DNA of 60,060 nucleotides from an uncultured Candidatus Saccharibacteria bacterium (GTDB lineage: Bacteria; Patescibacteriota; Minisyncoccia; Phycocordibacterales; PALSA-1337), in the NCBI GenBank assembly GCA_964532285.1, contig CAZHHB010000005.1:1-60060 (forward strand), given 5' to 3'. The translations under genes and the position numbers were made by a program. How positions within the stretch are numbered: position 1 is the first letter of the stretch; each line of letters begins with the position of its first letter. A model generated the notes under the pieces. The model searched no databases and was not told the DNA's origin. It was given only the letters and a program-made list of their open reading frames with translations. Positions 45,805-54,429 of this stretch are shown here, in pieces.

Positions 45805-48054
45805 ATGTCTATCAAAAAAATAACCCACCATATAGCTATCGCCGCCCTATTTCTCATTCCTTTATTCGCTCTCTTCCCAACACCAAATACACCGTTCAAT
45901 ATAGCTGATTCCTTCTTCTTCCCATTCATTACAGGTAAAGCTTTCTATTTTCGTACTCTAGTAGAGATTGCTTTTGCTTCATGGATTATTCTAGCTTTCT
46001 TGGATCCTAGATACAGGCCGAAGATTTCAGTCATTACGATTGGGGTAACACTCTTCGCTATGGTCGCTCTTTTGGCAGACCTACTCGGCGTCAATCCGAT
46101 ACGCAGTCTTTGGTCCAACTTCGAGCGTATGGAAGGGTGGATGGTCATCGTGCATCTTTGGGCTTTCTATATGACAGCTTCGAATATGTTTTCCTCGACT
46201 CTTCTCGATTCTGCTCGAGATTCTGCTAGAAATAAATCGCTCGGAACAGGCGGTTCACGCATGTGGCGTTATTGGTTGAATTTCTCCATTTTCGTGGCCC
46301 TAATCGTATCGATTTACGGATTGGCTCAATTGTTTGGTTGGACGGCTACACACCAAGGTGCGACTCGTATCGATGCTTCTCTGGGCAATGCATCCTACAT
46401 GGCGGTATACATGTTTTTCCATGCTTTTGCGGCCGCGTATCTATTTTTCACACGCTCTAGGAAAAATGGCGGTACATTATTCGGACAATGGGTATACGCT
46501 ATAAGTGCTTTGCTGTTTGGTTTCCTTATCTTTGAGACTCAGACTCGTGGTACGACCCTGGGTCTTATAGGGGGGGTAATGTTAGCGTTGACTTTGTACG
46601 CAATCTTCGGCAAGGGTGAATCAAAAAAGAAGCGTTATATTTCAGCAGGCATTGTTATCGCAATTATTCTTATCGGAGCAATATTCTGGATGAATCGCAA
46701 AGCTGAGTTTATTCAGCGCAGCCCAATATTAGGTCGTTTGGCTACTATTTCTTGGAGTGATGCCAGCAATCAAGCTCGTCAATACATCTGGCCGGCAGCT
46801 TTGAATGGAGCTATGGAACGACCGATATTGGGTTGGGGTCAGGAGAATTTCAATTATATATTCAATGCAAACTACAACCCGAAAATGTGGTCTCAGGAAC
46901 AATGGTTTGACCGCGCACACAGCGTCTTTCTGGACTGGTTGGTGGCTTCCGGCTTCTTGGGTTTGATTGCCTATCTGGCTTTGTATGGATTGTTCCTTGT
47001 CGTTTTGTGGAAGTCTTCATTGGGCATCACAGAGAAGAGTGTCTTGACTGGACTCCTGGCCGGATATTTTGTACACAATCTCTTCGTCTTCGATAACCTG
47101 GCAAGTTATATTATGTTCTTTGCTTTCCTCGGACTGGTCAATTCATTGCGAGAAAACAAGCCTATGCGTATCATGGGTCAAAATCCAGTCCGTGTCGATG
47201 CTGTCGAATACATCGTAGCTCCTATCGCCATTATCATTCTGGTTGGAGTGGTCTATTTCTTCAATGTCAGACCGATGCAGGCCAATACCAAATTGATCTC
47301 AGGTCTCATGGCTTGTGGTGGATCCAATCCGGATATTACTCTTTTTAAGAAGGCTTTGTCTGTGAATACTTATGTTGCAAATCAAGAGATCCGTGAACAA
47401 TTGATGAACTGTTCCGGAAGGGTGATAGCTTCACAGCAGGTTGCCATGCCGACAAAGGAAGCATTCTTCGCAGAGGTGATGAGTGACTTGAATACCCAGA
47501 TAACACTGACTCCGAAGGATGCTCGCATATATGTTTTGTTTGGAACTTTCCTGAACAGTCTCGGACAATATACACAATCGAAGCCTATCCTCGAAAAGGC
47601 TTATGAACTGACACCAAGAAAGCAGACGGTAGCTTTTGAATTGGGAACAGCCTATCTGAATACTGGAGAAACCGAGAAGGCTCTGGCTCTTTTGAAAGAA
47701 GCTTATGATTTCGCGCCGGAATATTTCCAAGCCAAAAATGCCTATGTCATAGCTATGGTAATTGCCGGTAGAGAGACGGAAGCAAGGAAGATTTTCGATA
47801 ATGACAAGAATATATTTGAGACAGCACAGATGGCCCAGGTGTATATGTCGTTGAAGCAATATTCCAAAGGAATTGTTATATATAAAAAGCTTGTCGAATC
47901 CAATCCAACCGATGTCAATGCGAAAGTTCAGCTTGCTCAGGCACAGTATGTTGCGGGACTGAAAGATGAGGCTATTGAGACAATGCGTTCTATCATCAAG
48001 ACAAATCCAGAGTTGAAAGATCAGATAGAAGCCTCTATCAAGCAGATAAAGTAG
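45805..48054 (+). CDS. O-antigen ligase-like (Wzy_C) membrane protein with C-terminal TPR repeats
   Basis: Polytopic N-terminal ~480 aa including SVFLDWLVASGFLG, with C-terminal TPR-like repeats (AYELTPRKQTVAFELGTAYLNTGETEKALALLKEAY). Confidence 0.65.
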   Translation: MSIKKITHHIAIAALFLIPLFALFPTPNTPFNIADSFFFPFITGKAFYFRTLVEIAFASWIILAFLDPRYRPKISVITIGVTLFAMVALLADLLGVNPIRSLWSNFERMEGWMVIVHLWAFYMTASNMFSSTLLDSARDSARNKSLGTGGSRMWRYWLNFSIFVALIVSIYGLAQLFGWTATHQGATRIDASLGNASYMAVYMFFHAFAAAYLFFTRSRKNGGTLFGQWVYAISALLFGFLIFETQTRGTTLGLIGGVMLALTLYAIFGKGESKKKRYISAGIVIAIILIGAIFWMNRKAEFIQRSPILGRLATISWSDASNQARQYIWPAALNGAMERPILGWGQENFNYIFNANYNPKMWSQEQWFDRAHSVFLDWLVASGFLGLIAYLALYGLFLVVLWKSSLGITEKSVLTGLLAGYFVHNLFVFDNLASYIMFFAFLGLVNSLRENKPMRIMGQNPVRVDAVEYIVAPIAIIILVGVVYFFNVRPMQANTKLISGLMACGGSNPDITLFKKALSVNTYVANQEIREQLMNCSGRVIASQQVAMPTKEAFFAEVMSDLNTQITLTPKDARIYVLFGTFLNSLGQYTQSKPILEKAYELTPRKQTVAFELGTAYLNTGETEKALALLKEAYDFAPEYFQAKNAYVIAMVIAGRETEARKIFDNDKNIFETAQMAQVYMSLKQYSKGIVIYKKLVESNPTDVNAKVQLAQAQYVAGLKDEAIETMRSIIKTNPELKDQIEASIKQIK

Positions 48055-48103
48055 AGAATAGAAAGTGAAGAGATAAGCTTGTTAGATATAAAATCCAACC
48101 ATA

Positions 48104-48136
48104 ACGCAAAAAGACCCGAGGCGGGTCACTTTGCGT
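48104..48136 (+). terminator. Terminator-like compound hairpin without a U-run
   Basis: acgcaaa-aa-gacccg-agg-cgggtc-ac-tttgcgt. Confidence 0.35.
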
Positions 48137-48242
48137 AGACATTTATGGAGAGTGCCCACACGGGTACTCATGACGCTATTATAGCACACAATACTCCCAT
48201 CGCAAAATAATTATCCACATGTTACAATATTCTAGGATTGTA

Positions 48243-48316
48243 CCAAATGATGGCGACGGCTGTACTCATAAAATTTAGACATTTTATTTGGAGCTCACAC
48301 CCGTCGCCATCATTGG
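48243..48316. repeat. ~16-bp inverted repeat with an inner 7-bp hairpin (nested palindrome H)
   Basis: ccaaatgatggcgacgg ... ccgtcgccatcattgg, with inner ataaaat/attttat. It lies upstream of murB. Confidence 0.8.
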
Positions 48317-48356
48317 GCGCAAATTGAGCGTGAACTTAGGAGATAATTTTACTTAC

Positions 48357-49361
48357 ATGAATATCCAAGAAAACATCACGCTTGCTCAATACACTACATT
48401 CAAGATTGGTGGACCAGCCAAGTTTTTCTGTATATGTAAGAGCGAAGGTGATCTTGTAGAAATTGTGAATTTCGCAAAAGGGAAGAAGTTGCCAATTTTT
48501 ATATTGGGTGGTGGATCCAATATCCTAATCTCTGATAAAGGTTATAAGGGATTAGTGATAAAGATGGAAATTGGGGGCACGGACTTGTCGGTAGTATCCG
48601 CTGGCGCCGGCGTAATATGGGATGATTTTGTTGCGGAAATAGTTGCAAATGGTCTGTATGGTCTGGAAAATCTCTCCGCTATACCTGGAACAGTCGGTGC
48701 GGCACCGGTGCAGAATATCGGTGCTTATGGGATGGATGTCTCGCGTGCGGTACAGTCGGTGCGAGCTCTGGATACAAAGTCTATGAAATTTATTGAATTA
48801 TCCAATGCCGACTGTAAATTTGATTATCGGGATAGTGTCTTTAAGCATGAGAAGGGTCGTTATGTTATAACGCGAGTTGACTTCAAACTTTCCAAGAAGG
48901 GTAAGGTGAATATTGAGTACAAGGATTTGAAGGAGTATTTCCAAGATCCGATCTCGGTACCAAGATCGGATCTAGTTGGAGTTCGCGAAGCTGTGGTCAA
49001 TATTCGCGCAGCGAAATTGCCGGATTGGAAAAAGTGGGGGACAGCGGGATCGTATTTCAAGAATCCGATCATCTCAAAGAAAAAGTTTGAAAGCTTGAAG
49101 AAAAAGTATTCCGAGTTGCCAGGATTCCCAGAATCCAATGGAGATATCAAGATTTCTCTGGGTTGGGTTCTGGACAAAGTATGTAATTTCAAGGGTCTGA
49201 GCATGGGCAGGGTGAAAATATATGAAAAACAGGCTTTGGTTATCGTAGCTTCGGCTGGAGCAACAGCAGAAGAAGTCATGAAATTGGCGCAAGAATTGAT
49301 GCGCGAAGTCAAGAAAAAAACAGGTATTATGATAGAAGGTGAGGTGGAATGGGTGAATTAA
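48357..49361 (+). CDS. murB: UDP-N-acetylenolpyruvoylglucosamine reductase
   Basis: LAQYTTFKIGGPAKFF, LGGGSNIL, GSYFKNP. Start taken at MNIQEN. Confidence 0.85.
   Translation: MNIQENITLAQYTTFKIGGPAKFFCICKSEGDLVEIVNFAKGKKLPIFILGGGSNILISDKGYKGLVIKMEIGGTDLSVVSAGAGVIWDDFVAEIVANGLYGLENLSAIPGTVGAAPVQNIGAYGMDVSRAVQSVRALDTKSMKFIELSNADCKFDYRDSVFKHEKGRYVITRVDFKLSKKGKVNIEYKDLKEYFQDPISVPRSDLVGVREAVVNIRAAKLPDWKKWGTAGSYFKNPIISKKKFESLKKKYSELPGFPESNGDIKISLGWVLDKVCNFKGLSMGRVKIYEKQALVIVASAGATAEEVMKLAQELMREVKKKTGIMIEGEVEWVN
48941..48975. repeat. Inverted pair of short palindromic units inside murB
   Basis: ccaagatccgatctcgg-ta-ccaagatcggatctag, translated as QDPISVPRSDLV. Confidence 0.9.
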
Positions 49362-49388
49362 TACGCCAAATGTGATAAAGTGCCATTT

Positions 49389-51959
49389 ATGGCATTTTTC
49401 AGCAAAATATTCAGTTCATCCAAGACGAGCAATCCAAAGAAGTTTGAGCCGATTGTGGTGGAGATAAATAAACTGGAAAACAAAATCCAGGCTCTTTCTG
49501 ATGCAGAACTTCGAGCGAAGACAGCAGAGTTTAAGAGTAAACTGAGTACTTCTACCTCTAGGTCGGACCTAGAGGTGTTGATGAATGAAATCCTCCCTGA
49601 AGCTTTCGCTGTAGTTCGCGAAGCCTCTCGCCGTACTCTCGGTCAGCGTCATTTTGATGTTCAACTTATCGGGGGGATGATCTTGAATTCAGGATCAATC
49701 GCCGAGATGAGGACTGGTGAAGGTAAAACTTTGGTGGCAACACTGCCAGCTTATTTGAATGCACTTACCGGTAATGGTGTACATATTGTCACGGTCAACG
49801 ATTATCTATCACGACGCGATGCTGTGTGGATGGGACAGATCTACGATTTTCTCGGACTTACAGTCGGAGTGATCAACCATGAATCATCTTTTATATATGA
49901 TGCGGAACATAAAAGTAAAGAAACAGTAGAAAGTGATGGTGAAGACAAACTAGACAAAGAACGCGATGATCTGGGTGCCTTCAAAGTCGTTCATGAATTC
50001 TTAAGACCAGTTACTAGACACGAAGCCTACATGGCCGATATCACTTACGGCACGAACAATGAATTCGGTTTTGATTACCTCCGAGACAATCTAGAGTATA
50101 GTCCAGACCGTCTGCGTCAGAGGGAATTCAACTATGCCATAGTAGACGAGATAGACTCTATTTTGATCGATGAAGCGCGTACGCCACTCATCATCTCCGC
50201 GCCGACTCGTGACGCCGAAAGTACTTACAAACAGTTTGCTGCGCTCGTAGGTTCATTCAAAGAAATAGAAGACTATATAGTAGAAGAAAAACACAAAAGT
50301 ATATCTCTGACGCAGGATGGTATAACTAAAGCTGAAAAGGCTCTGGGCATAGAGAATATCTATACAGACAAGGGCATCAAGTCGGTTCATCATCTCGAGA
50401 CGGCCATCAAAGCCCGAGCCTTGTATCACAAAGACAAAGAATATGTAGTAAAAGAAAATCAGATTGTAATAGTAGATGAATTCACTGGGAGATTGCAGCC
50501 TGGCCGTAGATGGTCAGATGGTCTGCATCAAGCCATTGAAGCCAAAGAAGGTGTGAGTATTCAGCAAGAATCTAGAACTTATGCTTCCATTACATTCCAA
50601 AACTTCTTCAGAATGTACCCGAAGCTTTCCGGTATGACTGGTACGGCCGTGACTTCATCTGAGGAATTCCACAAAGTCTATGGCCTGGAAGTTTATAGTG
50701 TACCGACCAATGTTCCAACGGTGAGGAAAGATCAAAATGATCAGATATTCAGAACAGAGGTTGGTAAATTCAAAGCTATTGCAAGAAAGGTCAAAGAATT
50801 GCACAGCAAAGGTCAGCCGGTTCTGATCGGCACGGTCTCTATTGAGAGGAATGAAGTCTTGTCACAATTCTTGAAAGCAGAAGGTATCCCGCATGAGATA
50901 TTAAATGCAAAAAATCACGAGAGAGAAGGAGAGATCATCGCTCAGGCTGGTAGGGTTGGTGCGGTTACTATCGCCACCAACATGGCGGGTCGCGGTGTGG
51001 ATATCAAACTTGGCGGCAATCCAAATACTCCAGAATCACACGATGAAGTCAATAAAGCTGGGGGACTTTTTGTCCTCGGCACTGAACGCCATGAAGCTCG
51101 TCGTATAGACGACCAACTACGAGGTCGTTCTGGCCGTCAGGGTGATCCGGGTGAGACACAGTTCTTTGTCTCTCTAGAAGATACTTTGATGCGTGTTTTT
51201 GCTTCGGATACTTTGAAGTCAATGATGGTTAGGTTGAATGTGCCAGAAGATGAAGCTATAGAGCATAAGTTTATTTCCAAAGCTTTGGAATCTGCACAAG
51301 AGAAGATTGAAGGTTTCAACTTCGATTCCCGCAAACATGTTTTGGAATTTGATGATGTCATAAATCATCAGCGCGGTAGTATTTACGGTAGACGCAGAAA
51401 ACTTTTGCTTGGGACGGTAGAGGATGTGGAAGAGGAGTTCAGGATTATCATAGAAGCTGCCGCTTTTGAAACCGATATATTAAAGGTCGTAGAAAATAAA
51501 ATAAATGAATTTGGTCGTGAGTCATTCCTCAATGCTGTTAGAGTGATTCTCCTGCAGACAATTGATATGTATTGGGTGGAACATCTGGAGGTTATGGATT
51601 ATACGCGTTCCAGCGTCAATCTGCGCGCTTACGGTCAACGAGATCCTTTGGTTGAATACAAAAAGGAGGGGCTGAGGCTTTTCAAAGAGATGCAGGGTGT
51701 TATGAGTGCGCAGGTGATCAAAATCATTCCACATATAGTCCCGATGGTAAACGGGGAACCTGTTTCCAAGAAGATTGCAGGTGACGCTGCTGATTTGAGG
51801 GAAGTTCATGAAAATGCTCAGATTATCGGTGCCGGTGATGGTTCCGCGAATAATTCAAAGTCAGTCAGTGATTCCAAGTCCGTTGGTCGCAACGATCCAT
51901 GTTGGTGTGGTAGTGGGAAGAAGTATAAGAAGTGTCATGGGCAGTCAAAGATCGTGTAA
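49389..51959 (+). CDS. secA: Preprotein translocase ATPase SecA
   Basis: AEMRTGEGKTLVATLPAYLNAL, IVDEIDSILIDEARTPLIIS, C-terminal CWCGSGKKYKKCHG. Confidence 0.95.
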   Translation: MAFFSKIFSSSKTSNPKKFEPIVVEINKLENKIQALSDAELRAKTAEFKSKLSTSTSRSDLEVLMNEILPEAFAVVREASRRTLGQRHFDVQLIGGMILNSGSIAEMRTGEGKTLVATLPAYLNALTGNGVHIVTVNDYLSRRDAVWMGQIYDFLGLTVGVINHESSFIYDAEHKSKETVESDGEDKLDKERDDLGAFKVVHEFLRPVTRHEAYMADITYGTNNEFGFDYLRDNLEYSPDRLRQREFNYAIVDEIDSILIDEARTPLIISAPTRDAESTYKQFAALVGSFKEIEDYIVEEKHKSISLTQDGITKAEKALGIENIYTDKGIKSVHHLETAIKARALYHKDKEYVVKENQIVIVDEFTGRLQPGRRWSDGLHQAIEAKEGVSIQQESRTYASITFQNFFRMYPKLSGMTGTAVTSSEEFHKVYGLEVYSVPTNVPTVRKDQNDQIFRTEVGKFKAIARKVKELHSKGQPVLIGTVSIERNEVLSQFLKAEGIPHEILNAKNHEREGEIIAQAGRVGAVTIATNMAGRGVDIKLGGNPNTPESHDEVNKAGGLFVLGTERHEARRIDDQLRGRSGRQGDPGETQFFVSLEDTLMRVFASDTLKSMMVRLNVPEDEAIEHKFISKALESAQEKIEGFNFDSRKHVLEFDDVINHQRGSIYGRRRKLLLGTVEDVEEEFRIIIEAAAFETDILKVVENKINEFGRESFLNAVRVILLQTIDMYWVEHLEVMDYTRSSVNLRAYGQRDPLVEYKKEGLRLFKEMQGVMSAQVIKIIPHIVPMVNGEPVSKKIAGDAADLREVHENAQIIGAGDGSANNSKSVSDSKSVGRNDPCWCGSGKKYKKCHGQSKIV
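49554..49576. repeat. 23-nt perfect palindrome (short palindromic unit) inside secA
   Basis: acctctaggtc-g-gacctagaggt, translated as TSRSDLEV. Confidence 0.9.
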
Positions 51960-52113
51960 CCCCTCACATTGTTTCCTCACTCACTCGCACTCCACTCATC
52001 ACATATCGGAATTTTCACAAATGATGTCTTCCAAGGCTTCAGCCATCATTTGGAAAATTCAACGATATGTTCTTCGCGGATTATGCTCGCTCGTGGATAA
52101 ACAATGTGAGGGG
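51960..52113. repeat. Nested palindrome element F: 15-bp outer IR and 17-bp inner hairpin
   Basis: Outer IR cccctcacattgttt / aaacaatgtgagggg; inner hairpin gaattttcacaaatgatg / catcatttggaaaattc. The 5' motif cctcactcactcgcactcc resembles cctgcggtactcgctcc of element D. Confidence 0.85.
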
Positions 52114-52163
52114 GTACACGATCTCAGATTCACAAAACTCTGTAGATGTGGTAGAGTAAACTT

Positions 52164-53225
52164 GTGAAATTAAATATTACGACATACTTCTTCTTCGCCT
52201 TACTTCTGTGTGCCGCAGTCGCCGCAGTGGTTATTTTCCTGCCATTCATAACACCACTATTACTTGCCGCAGCTGCAGCTGTCATTTCATATCCTCTATA
52301 CAAATTTATATTGCGTTCGCTCGGCCATGGTGGTACTAGAAAGAATATTGCAGCTCTCGCCACCACAATCTTCATTCTCGTCGTTGTCCTAATCCCACTT
52401 TTCTTCCTTATCGCAAAGATTTACTCAGAAATACAATCTCTGTATCTATTACTTATAGACGAATCAGGTCGTTCTCAAGTCATCTCAGGTCTCAACTCCC
52501 TATCACAGTCTCTGTCGCATACTCTGTTTGATGCTTTCCCCGCGTATTCATTCGACTCTCTCAATGTGACCGAATATATGAAGGGGACACTTGTATGGGT
52601 GTTCAGTAACTTGGACACGGTCTTCTCGGGCCTAGCCAAGGTTGCCGCCTACGTCTTCGTATTCTTGATGGCTACTTTCTATTTCCTACGTGATGGAGCA
52701 GAGATCAAGAGGAAGTTTGTCTCTTGGAGTCCTCTTTTGGATACTCACGATGAATTCATAACGGAAACTTTCAGACGAGCTATCAAATCAGTCTTCGTCG
52801 GGACTATCACGGTCAGTGTTGTGCAGGGGATTATGACAGGTCTTGGATTCTTGGTATTCGGTATTCCTGCACCGGCAGTCTGGGGAAGTGTAGCTGCTGT
52901 GGCATCATTGATTCCTGGAATCGGAACGAGTCTAGTCATTATACCGGGTATAGTTTACCTGTTTTTCATCGGTCAGAATATTTTTGCTATCGGACTCCTC
53001 ATTTGGGGGATTTTCGCTGTCGGGCTTATAGACAATTTCTTGGGTCCGTATATGGTCAATCGCGGCATCAACGTTCATCCGTTTCTCATCCTCATCTCTG
53101 TCCTTGGTGGATTGGTAACCTTCGGTATCATAGGTTTTATCCTAGGGCCGATCATTCTATCTCTGTTATTCGCTCTAATGGATATTTACAAGACATCATT
53201 CAGTGGTGATCAGAAATTGGCATAA
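52164..53225 (+). CDS. AI-2E family transporter (PerM/UPF0118)
   Basis: 353 aa, polytopic. YFLRDG, GLIDNFLGPYMV. GTG start preceded by tagagtaaactt. Confidence 0.7.
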   Translation: MKLNITTYFFFALLLCAAVAAVVIFLPFITPLLLAAAAAVISYPLYKFILRSLGHGGTRKNIAALATTIFILVVVLIPLFFLIAKIYSEIQSLYLLLIDESGRSQVISGLNSLSQSLSHTLFDAFPAYSFDSLNVTEYMKGTLVWVFSNLDTVFSGLAKVAAYVFVFLMATFYFLRDGAEIKRKFVSWSPLLDTHDEFITETFRRAIKSVFVGTITVSVVQGIMTGLGFLVFGIPAPAVWGSVAAVASLIPGIGTSLVIIPGIVYLFFIGQNIFAIGLLIWGIFAVGLIDNFLGPYMVNRGINVHPFLILISVLGGLVTFGIIGFILGPIILSLLFALMDIYKTSFSGDQKLA

Positions 53226-53277
53226 TAATATTTATCGTCCGGTTGAGATTCTTCAGACGGACAACTAAAACACAAAT

Positions 53278-54249
53278 ATGGCTTTTATTGACGAAATACA
53301 ATTCCATGCCAAAGCTGGCAACGGTGGGAAAGGCGTAGTGCGCTGGCGACATGAGCGCGGCAAAGAATTTGCCGGTGCTGCGGGTGGCAATGGCGGCAAG
53401 GGCGGCGATGTCTATGTCCGCGCCGTGCGAGATATAAATATTCTTTCACGCCACAAAGCCGTGAAGATCTTTTCTGCCAGTAATGGGCGGGACGGGCAAA
53501 ATCTGAGCATGCAGGGAGGAAGCGGTGAAGATCGCACGATAGATTTGCCAATAGGTTCTGTGGTTACAAATCTGAATTCAAAAAGAGTTGTGGAGCTCAT
53601 AGAAGACGGACAGGTGTCAAAGATTTTACACGGAGGCCGTGGCGGTCTGGGTAACGAATATTTCAAAGCCTCCACCAATGTTCGTCCAGAACAATCTACT
53701 CCAGGAATGGATGGGGAAGAAGCAGGCTTCGAAGTTGAACTAGATCTGATCGCTGATGCAGGACTGATAGGTTTGCCGAATGCCGGCAAGTCTAGTTTAT
53801 TGAATGCACTTACGAATGCAGAAGCCAAAGTTGGTAATTACGCCTTTACGACTCTGGATCCTAACCTCGGAGCTTTGGCTGGCGGATACATCCTGGCTGA
53901 TCTGCCGGGGTTGATAGATGGTGCGGCAGAAGGCAAGGGACTCGGTTACAAATTCCTCCGCCATGTGAAGCGCACAAAGATGCTCCTGCATTTAGTTTCT
54001 CTGGAAAATGAAGATGTCGAAGCGGCTTATACATCCGTGCGTCATGAATTGGAAAAATATGGCAATGGTTTGGGTGAGAAGAAAGAAACTATTATCTTGA
54101 CGAAAACTGACATGGTGACATCTGCAATTGTAAAGAAAGCACGAAAAGTTCTAGGTAAACATAATAAAGATATTTTGGAAGTTACTATACTAGATGATTC
54201 TTCAGTGAAGGTATTGGGGAAAGAATTGGTTGGGAAGTTAAGGGGGTAG
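53278..54249 (+). CDS. obg: GTPase Obg/CgtA
   Basis: AKAGNGGKGVVRWRHE, GGNGGKGGDVY, GLPNAGKSSLLNA, DLPGLIDGA. Confidence 0.9.
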   Translation: MAFIDEIQFHAKAGNGGKGVVRWRHERGKEFAGAAGGNGGKGGDVYVRAVRDINILSRHKAVKIFSASNGRDGQNLSMQGGSGEDRTIDLPIGSVVTNLNSKRVVELIEDGQVSKILHGGRGGLGNEYFKASTNVRPEQSTPGMDGEEAGFEVELDLIADAGLIGLPNAGKSSLLNALTNAEAKVGNYAFTTLDPNLGALAGGYILADLPGLIDGAAEGKGLGYKFLRHVKRTKMLLHLVSLENEDVEAAYTSVRHELEKYGNGLGEKKETIILTKTDMVTSAIVKKARKVLGKHNKDILEVTILDDSSVKVLGKELVGKLRG

Positions 54250-54253
54250 GTGA

Positions 54254-54424
54254 AGAGCCCAACAACTAACTCGCAAAGCTCACCTGCGGTACTCGCTCCG
54301 TGAAATTGCTAGGTAAAAGGCTCAGGAATTATGAATAATTCCAACGACATTCGCCTTTTACCAAGCAATTTCTACTGCGCTCAAACATGTCCTCGGTGAG
54401 CCTTGCGATTAGTTGTTGGGCTCT
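54254..54424. repeat. Nested palindrome element D: 114-nt core (54283-54396) inside a ~31-bp locus-specific IR
   Basis: The core matches the reverse complement of 3909-4022 at 113/114 positions. Arms are agagcccaacaactaactcgcaaagctcacc / ggtgagccttgcgattagttgttgggctct. Confidence 0.9.
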
Positions 54425-54429
54425 AGAGA

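Noticed and set aside
51808-52167. ORF-track CDS of 119 aa on the plus strand spanning the end of secA and the following intergenic region.
   Set aside because: It overlaps the well-supported secA 3' end out of frame and then runs through nested palindrome F. Its composition is that of a structured repeat and shows no protein motif.
2482-54424. The long palindromes read as integron attC sites or as a CRISPR-like array.
   Set aside because: The flanking genes are housekeeping (obg, gatB, secA, mur genes). There are no intI or cas genes. The arms carry no GTTRRRY/RYYYAAC core sites. Repeat spacing is irregular, kilobases apart, and the units are palindromic with different arms, not direct repeats separated by spacers.
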